The position numbers and the translations under genes are program-made. Positions 62,001 to 64,000 of a stretch of DNA of 64,000 bases are shown here, one piece after another. Position 1 is the stretch's first letter; the number at the start of each line of letters is the position of its first letter. This stretch comes from Bacteroidia bacterium (GTDB taxonomy: Bacteria > Bacteroidota > Bacteroidia > UBA4408), in assembly GCA_044374175.1 (NCBI GenBank), contig JBILPB010000002.1, positions 109 through 64,108 on the forward strand, written 5' to 3'. The notes below the pieces were generated by a model. That model saw only the letters and a list, made by a program, of their open reading frames with translations, was not told the origin of the DNA and searched no databases.

Positions 62001-62110
62001 CAAACAGCTTTATTGCTTTTGAAAATGTGAGTACAGGCATATACTATCTTACTATATTAGATGGAGATCAATCAAGAACAATAAAAGTAATTTTATCAGC
62101 TAAGGAGTAG
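50030..62110 (+). CDS. Giant (4026 aa) N/G/T/S-rich repetitive secreted protein with a T9SS type-A C-terminal sorting domain. It is a putative beta-helix adhesin.
   Basis: The signal peptide is MKKITYKIIALLVVFFTQNLHAQ. Long internal duplications are visible. The segment LTINAGANCRLDMGNNTLNLTGSSANVINGNLRVGG…FTWNCPSQT (aa about 395-500) recurs as LTINAGVNCRFDMGANTLTITGSAANLINGTLRIGG…FTWNCPSQT (aa about 1130-1240). The segment TWNGATNGAWTTATNWTPNGVPTAADNVIFN recurs as YTWVGSTSNDYNTASNWSPVGVPTAADNITVG. The C-terminal roughly 85 aa read WSVYPNPSNLKGINL…GIYYLTILDGDQSRTIKVILSAKE, a type-A CTD. The many 60-127 aa minus-strand ORFs inside are antisense artefacts. Confidence 0.8.
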   Translation: MKKITYKIIALLVVFFTQNLHAQWTTPTIDAANDGVGNYPNNYTSGTTNWAITWNNTDLFVSINNANQSEPVTIYLDVDPIVPVNGGANANGTLVGLNYDGYTTRPNLPFRADVCIYAHNGYREIFRRDGANGWTSIGGQPNGITGTANDYVSNANGQYSSNDNGNGNGGDDRREFRISWLRLQGAINGGARPTAFNWMGYLSYNNGMYAQVPVENYNGSNVIGNSNGIVRYFTVSNTGNGTSTNPFGQNSYTQPLTSSNAAFGGISVYDFTMNSSGQTITRTAGGGQAWTIAGNLVVANGSLTSGTSTTAISTRNLDIRGGTLTLSGSVGGDLNVSGNFIKTSGTYNNNNRQVNFNGTTAQIYSSNITQTINFLLISNTSVTVTANSSITVPNNLTINAGANCRLDMGNNTLNLTGSSANVINGNLRVGGTGGAITGTTAGNTTFGAGSFYEHNYSTIDGHIPLATWNASSTCLMMGYTSGTQPASGLNQSFGHFTWNCPSQTTSPMLDGALTTVNGNLSILAINSNEIGITTSIPCTLNIGGSLTISDGIFSMATGIENCVINVAGNLTVNNANAFLLLSSISSIAGAGTLNVLGNVIHSDGIIDLATSDFDGILRIGGNYTQSAPAILQLFSFSLSTLSYVEFNGAGLQNVTLNGSVLSNVNFRVNGGGVNLTGTLPLNDNANGGAWGATLRMSQGNIIGSGTVFYDQTGGYSTLVYDASTSAQTTTGVEFPAINSPMNLIIDNTFATNTVTLHANRTIGGTLTLNAGILVLNANNLSVVEPPVGGSSTAYVRTNSTGVLQLALMGGGFSFNFPVGNSTYNPVIISNSGTTDSYSVRVVDGTPPSPFDATKVINRSWIVAEGAAGGSSINMSAYWNSPSEEAVNFAAGVTRRFGLWNGVSWTQNGATVGGSNPFFFSNTASFVNVGTFALGKDDAFLSSATTYTWNGATNGAWTTATNWTPNGVPTAADNVIFNVVGTNPTNFNTTQTINNLSLIGTGSLNLGASGNLTIAGNLTYVNTATASFNCASTLSISSAASQTIPSLNYGNLILTGGPRVLSNTGTIGICGNYTASAGVTTTTGSTVNFNGTAAQSMLTSAANFNNLLISNTTANVTSSVAVTITSNLTINAGVNCRFDMGANTLTITGSAANLINGTLRIGGSSGSIVGMTALNTTFSATGTYEHNYTTVAGIVPAASWNAASNCNIIGYTTNISATGGLSQTFGNFTWNCPSQTAALNLLGGLNGATIAGNFNVMATNSGSLRLTSFASMTLNILGNLNVSGGNFAFTNVITPNTPSITINVSSSINISGGVTHFQTPPPALTGGVTTFNVSTTNFNLTAGSLIIFAATAGLGSTATINISGNFTQSGGTVNNCSIGAANGVISTWNILGNFNQTAGSYTGASSGTNPEIYLNVHAGFSQSVGATITAGAAFPRCQIEFKGALNQNVSVSGNTLNNLWWRLNNAAGITMATNITINSVGKFIRTTGAISGVGGILYIAGSQLRYNGTVNMTSTDKEWPAVMSGVSVEIDNAAGINLHASRTATSAGGEVRLTTGSLFLGNNDLFIDYFNNGNYAITSPSATNMFVTNGTGQFLLSTYIRSGSPVGFDLYVFPIGDNIGSLEYSPVELKFYKNTVSRIIGLRVVDAINPNINTPVAATDYLSRYWMVTENGAGGLYRDSITTFYSAADVNGTEANIKLSTYAAGTWTEHGTTVTAGVKIVGFQPSTAAFTQAYLPLNGLEITGRRAPILTNYTWVGSTSNDYNTASNWSPVGVPTAADNITVGVSAPNPCVINSGSFTVTNFNLNGTGNFQLAAGTSITVNGVMSYGGSATGSCACSSTFNIAGSAASDVPPINYGNLNISGGNRTLANAGTIGVCGTYTPGAGVITITSSTVNFNGTTAQTVSASSYNNLTISNARTTNNITLSGLINVAGVFNPSATFTSGNYLVTGNTVNYNGANGQTIVAFNYNNLSSTNNNRVLQNTGNIGIAGAFTPGIGIYTTTGSTVVFNGVANQTVPVFTSLTANRSYHHLTIEGTGLYTPARTWGGAGITNGITGNLTLNGGQFEQTTTLGGVTLYINGNLNLTNANARFSQHSGNLSNNNTYVLGNWIQSAGRFDFNTSVGGTGDGFVYLSGNLTATGGLINCASVGSNTINPTFAFDGTGVQNYSRTGGGNLFVDFVIGANKSLLLLSNFSVTDGDIAVGTNATIDAQGFTVTTADGGASADEFRTNAGSLIRTTHASGIVGMAPSGTRNFNTASIYEFYGANQNTGFNTVPVISTAAQVIMNLSGTLTNTSASFTINTALTLTSGIFNMGAANTINLGIGATVAIAASNFIVGTNAGTLNFIGSGTFTGVSNPYNVTINGGVNFGAGINATTIQSGGTLRINAGGFVNTSAPFYHANSTLQYFTGGTYGRNLEWSAAAGRGYPGHVQVSNNTTLNPGAGGNTGLVLNAAGNLTVDGGSNLYMDNGGNNMTVPLIVNGNINLVGNLSGSNSIGGDIELKGNWNNNGVAITNFFPNSRAVTFNGTINQNIGGTNTTVIPFAFLTINNAAGVTLTSYNVEVNNQLNLTSGKVTLGNFNLKLNGLNTPIAGGTSSNYIVTNGSGVLSRNFNNTATLYPVGPNASTYSPVTMQQSGTVDDITVRVNTAPAFVPLVNDNNQMVNLQWTINEGVAGGNNLSSNFQWPLSSEAAGFIRANGVFQGDYSGAAWQVRSSTLSGVNPYLSSSSSNYTGALSNRPFVIGNINGIVGCVSTLSAGDWHDGSIWAGGVPPTTASAACIGHAIQITASNTNALSSVTLNAGGSLAIDATFSLVFGTGGLLTNSSGAANTITGLGSIIYNGAGTIAGGNAITINSAKLNGLTTISTPLTVNGDLTLNSGSSVSATPTYGSNSSLIYNTGGSYGVNLEWTGNSVTAGIGVPNNVGITNTTTLNMPISDRGLSGTLGISNGTLNMGTGDLYVNGDWSRDGTNGFFNPNGKAIFFNRAGTQNIVVMGGGTETFNYLVLDKPSGSLVLDPGTHITVNGSVGNTLQLLNMGVLDLNGNNLNLTNAGGSILASGGVRSIISTFPNGQMNVQASKSVTSNLGGTLKFGSNVKVALSAGMDFGNTLSTIQGTLQIALGGFVTSNPPTYATSSTLRYFSGSNYGRGLEWSATSGPGYPYHVDIDQNGTVTTLDLSNGGSAIRQIAGNLNLNQGGNLSMGAMSNPLIVKGNVNIGGASSGSLTLSTVAGGDIQIAGNLTRNVGGTFTQNGREVTMNGTALQTISNNIPSFSFLNIDNNGASVQINTNTTINTRLRLSNGLYDLNGFTNTMANGSQIRRSAAAATMSAAPAIVGGNVVDMQYDATMTSDVEFIQDLNKIRDLEITLGTLSINENKTINRNLVLSGGDLNLATFTFTDRGNATAPSFAGSITVSGGGTRLIVGSLGSNFDITGLGGNSPLLYTKTVSSIGGTLLSFDSNVLVRIGDGAVDFGFSGGLYPTTINGALQVMLGGSVGQILNPCYYGTNSILRFSNTVDYQVGLNDKTWASGAIGSGNPGIPWNVEVNDIGTDLQLQNTRALRGNLTITNGTFTLTPVYSGTFAIGGNWTRTGAFSAFTHNNKKVVFDKQIVGDQAITVNTGVVAETYYDLDFSPAAGNVIMNVNVNALNAVGLVSGKVNLNGNTFTLGTTGNNGTLTGGTASEYFISGTAASKLVRYTTTASTSYSYPVGDVTNYTPMTVQLYAGTMGANSQVSVNVIPTAHPNIGTSDNYLKRYWQVEPNNFPTPQIGYGVTYVWAPGDEYGLPVPIPANLKPFKHNPQGWIAALGSGASVEMGSGTVTPGTRTITWDGLYSFSDFTGNGNGTPLPISLIDFNVQPVLENVEVTWTTASETNNDYFIIERSKDGVDFEALSVVDGAGNSNTILNYKVMDYKPYEGLSYYRLKQTDFDGKFEYGDIKSVNFVKPSQGQNWSVYPNPSNLKGINLVTGALSSDLLQLSLTDVTGKVVFSKSITANDTRANSFIAFENVSTGIYYLTILDGDQSRTIKVILSAKE

Positions 62111-62122
62111 TTGATATTAAAA

Positions 62123-62165
62123 CAAAAAAAAGGCGGACTTAAATATTAAGTCCGCCTTTTTTTAT
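62123..62165. terminator. Bidirectional rho-independent terminator between the giant adhesin gene and the GT2 gene.
   Basis: The sequence is AAAAAAAAGGCGGACTT-aaatatt-AAGTCCGCCTTTTTTTT, a perfect 9-bp stem with A and T runs on either side. Confidence 0.65.
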
Positions 62166-62175
62166 TCAACAAGTT

Positions 62176-62895
62176 TTAAGAGAAAATATTATACTTTAAG
62201 ATGCAATAAATAGCCCTGAATCCATCAACTGCTCCAATCTTTTTGCCTTCTTCATAAGTCCTACCATAATAGGAAATACCAACTTCATATATTCTAATTT
62301 TAGGCACTTTAGCAACTTTGGCAGTAACTTCTGGTTCAAAACCAAATCGTTTTTCTTTAAGTTTTAGGCTTTTAGCGATTTTTGAATCGAACAATTTGTA
62401 ACAAGTTTCCATATCAGTTAGGTTCAGATTGGTAAACATATTACTTAAAAAGGTTAGAAATTTATTTCCAATGGTATGCCAAAAGAATAAAATTCGATGT
62501 GGATTTCCGCCCATAAATCTTGAACCATATACAACATCAGCATATCCATCAATAACTGGCTTCAGCAAAACATTGAATTCTTCGGGATCGTATTCTAAAT
62601 CGGCATCTTGTACAATTAAAAACTCACCAGTAGCAAGTTCAATCCCTTTGTGAATAGCTGCACCTTTACCTTGATTCACTTCTTGATCAAATAAACTAAT
62701 ATTTATTTGTTCGCCATGCAATTTGATATAATTTTCAATGGCTTCTTTGGTATTATCAGTAGAGGCATCATTCACAATAATTACTTCTTTCTGTATATTA
62801 TTGATAAGATTAACTTGACGTACTTTGTCAAGTATGAAATGAATAGTCCTTCCCTCGTTGTATGCTGGAATTATTATTGATAATTTTTTAATCAT
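62176..62895 (-). CDS. Family-2 glycosyltransferase (polyprenyl-phosphate sugar synthase-like, DPM1-type).
   Basis: The protein is 239 aa. It reads [10 protein letters not shown]…VNDASTDNT…, has the DxD motif VQDADLEY and …VYGSRF, and is of DPM1/ArnC-like architecture. Confidence 0.85.
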   Translation of the reverse strand: MIKKLSIIIPAYNEGRTIHFILDKVRQVNLINNIQKEVIIVNDASTDNTKEAIENYIKLHGEQINISLFDQEVNQGKGAAIHKGIELATGEFLIVQDADLEYDPEEFNVLLKPVIDGYADVVYGSRFMGGNPHRILFFWHTIGNKFLTFLSNMFTNLNLTDMETCYKLFDSKIAKSLKLKEKRFGFEPEVTAKVAKVPKIRIYEVGISYYGRTYEEGKKIGAVDGFRAIYCILKYNIFS

Positions 62896-63062
62896 GCATT
62901 ATGTGTTTCAGAAAACAAAAAAAGGAAAAATTACCGAATAATCACCTATTTAATTTTTTGCAGTGTTCTGAAGTATTTTACTTTTGGTGGTTGAACTTAA
63001 ATTTTTAATTTGCGTTTGATTCTAGAATAAAATCAGAATATTCAGTAAATTTATGCCTTATA

Positions 63063-63593
63063 TTGAAAGACTACTACAAAATACTTGAAATAGAAAAGGA
63101 TTCAACGGCACTTGAAATCAAGCGGGCCTATCGTAAATTAGCCATGAAATATCATCCCGATGTGAATGGTGATTTATTAGCCACAGCCATTTTTAAGGAT
63201 GTTAATGAAGCTTACCGCACCCTTGGGAATGCAGCAAAAAAAAGGCATTATGACTTTTATTTTGCTTCAGGACCAGAAGTTAAACTAAATGAAAAGTACC
63301 GGCAAGATAAAGGGCGCAAGTATGGAACAGCCTACAAAAACGAGAACAAACAGTATCGGACAAACACAAGCCATCGAAAAAATGAAGAAAAACCAGATTT
63401 TAGCAAGTTGGAAAATTGGATGTTTGCCAGTTTAGTCATCATAGGACTGTTTGCTATTTTTCTTTCAATTCGCGATCTTTATAACAATGAAATTGAAGAT
63501 TTAAATGCATTTACAGGTATTGTTTTTGGTTTGCTTTTTACTTTTTTGTTACTTTACAGTTGGACTCAAATTTTTCGAAAGAAAAAAGAATAA
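63063..63593 (+). CDS. J-domain (DnaJ-like) protein with C-terminal TM segments and an apparent TTG start.
   Basis: The J-domain reads KDYYKILEIEKDSTALEIKRAYRKLAMKYHPDVN with the HPD motif. Two hydrophobic helices lie at the C-terminus. The first codon at 63063 is TTG. The nearest upstream ATG (63053) is out of frame. Confidence 0.65.
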   Translation: MKDYYKILEIEKDSTALEIKRAYRKLAMKYHPDVNGDLLATAIFKDVNEAYRTLGNAAKKRHYDFYFASGPEVKLNEKYRQDKGRKYGTAYKNENKQYRTNTSHRKNEEKPDFSKLENWMFASLVIIGLFAIFLSIRDLYNNEIEDLNAFTGIVFGLLFTFLLLYSWTQIFRKKKE

Positions 63594-63604
63594 AATTTAG
63601 AAAC

Positions 63605-63976
63605 TTATTTGTGCAAACCTGCTATTATATCTTTAATTTCTGATTGAACAGCCACTCCTTTGTTTTTGGCATACCAAGCGTGTAATTTCTCTTTAATTTC
63701 CATCATGTCAACCTTTGCAGCTTTCAAGTTATTAATAAGTGCAATTGCTTCTGAAGGTCTTGGCCCCCATTGAGCCAGCAAATTAAGGCTACTAGCATCT
63801 AACATTAAAACCTTTGGAATTGACCTGCTACCATCTGTTAAAAAATGGTCCATTACTTCTACATTTTCGTCTCTTAACAATAGTTTGATTTTTATTTTGG
63901 GAAATTGTTTTTCAATCAAATGAAAAATTGGAATAGTTTGCGCAGCATCTCCACACCAGCCCTCAGCTAAAATCAA
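63605..63976 (-). CDS. Thioredoxin-fold protein with a single-Cys WCGDA motif.
   Basis: The protein is 123 aa. The motif EGWCGDA is followed by a thioredoxin-like beta-alpha-beta pattern. An upstream in-frame stop means it cannot extend at the N-terminus. Confidence 0.5.
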   Translation of the reverse strand: MILAEGWCGDAAQTIPIFHLIEKQFPKIKIKLLLRDENVEVMDHFLTDGSRSIPKVLMLDASSLNLLAQWGPRPSEAIALINNLKAAKVDMMEIKEKLHAWYAKNKGVAVQSEIKDIIAGLHK

Positions 63977-64000
63977 CCATATTTGTGGCTGCTCAATTAA

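Noticed and set aside
1-64000. tRNA or rRNA genes, transposases, integrases, and phage or defence genes.
   Set aside because: Scanning the intergenic regions found no T-loop-like GTTCRANTC in a tRNA context, no rRNA-like segments, and no ORFs with DDE or tyrosine-recombinase motifs.

Overview
This window is AT-rich chromosomal DNA that looks Bacteroidota-like, on these grounds: several proteins end in T9SS type-A or type-B C-terminal sorting domains, no Shine-Dalgarno signals are evident, and lipoprotein genes are frequent. No rRNA, tRNA, CRISPR array, transposase or integrase was recognised.

The main block is a Sec-type (clade II) nitrous-oxide reductase locus on the minus strand. It reads c-type cytochrome, nosZ, a membrane-domain/NosL fusion ORF, nosD, nosF, nosY, a cupin, a group-III truncated haemoglobin, and a tryptophanase. 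Beside it on the plus strand is an NO-stress-type module: an Rrf2/NsrR-like regulator with a C-x6-C-x5-C motif, a Crp/Fnr-type regulator without the FNR cysteine cluster, a 12-TM NnrS-like membrane protein, and a fasciclin lipoprotein.

Immediately upstream of the cytochrome/nosZ operon, and co-directional with it, is an uncharacterised cassette. It contains a hypothetical protein, a MazG-like protein, a polytopic membrane protein, an ABC ATPase, a GC-rich palindromic island carrying a 35-codon Cys-containing ORF, and a radical-SAM/SPASM enzyme. I consider this the best candidate for an undescribed peptide- or cofactor-maturation and export system.

Other notable content:
- Giant repetitive T9SS cargo proteins: a truncated FG-GAP + lamin-tail-domain (LTD) + Ig-repeat protein at the left edge, a 1675-aa protein with five LTD modules, a 895-aa FN3 protein with a type-B CTD followed by a small outer-membrane beta-barrel, and a 4026-aa beta-helix-like adhesin with long internal duplications.
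- A cobalamin-riboswitch-like leader precedes two T9SS type-A secreted proteins rather than a transporter.
- Two related octamer/minisatellite loci that share a ~20-nt motif. One continues into a 4x ~119-bp tandem array. They bracket an 8.7-kb housekeeping segment holding trhO, queA, ygiD and phoD.
- Recurring ATGAT-N4-ATCAT (FNR-like) boxes occur upstream of the fasciclin gene and of the cytochrome-c/nosZ operon.

All calls rest on reading the six-frame translations and the DNA by eye. No database search was run.
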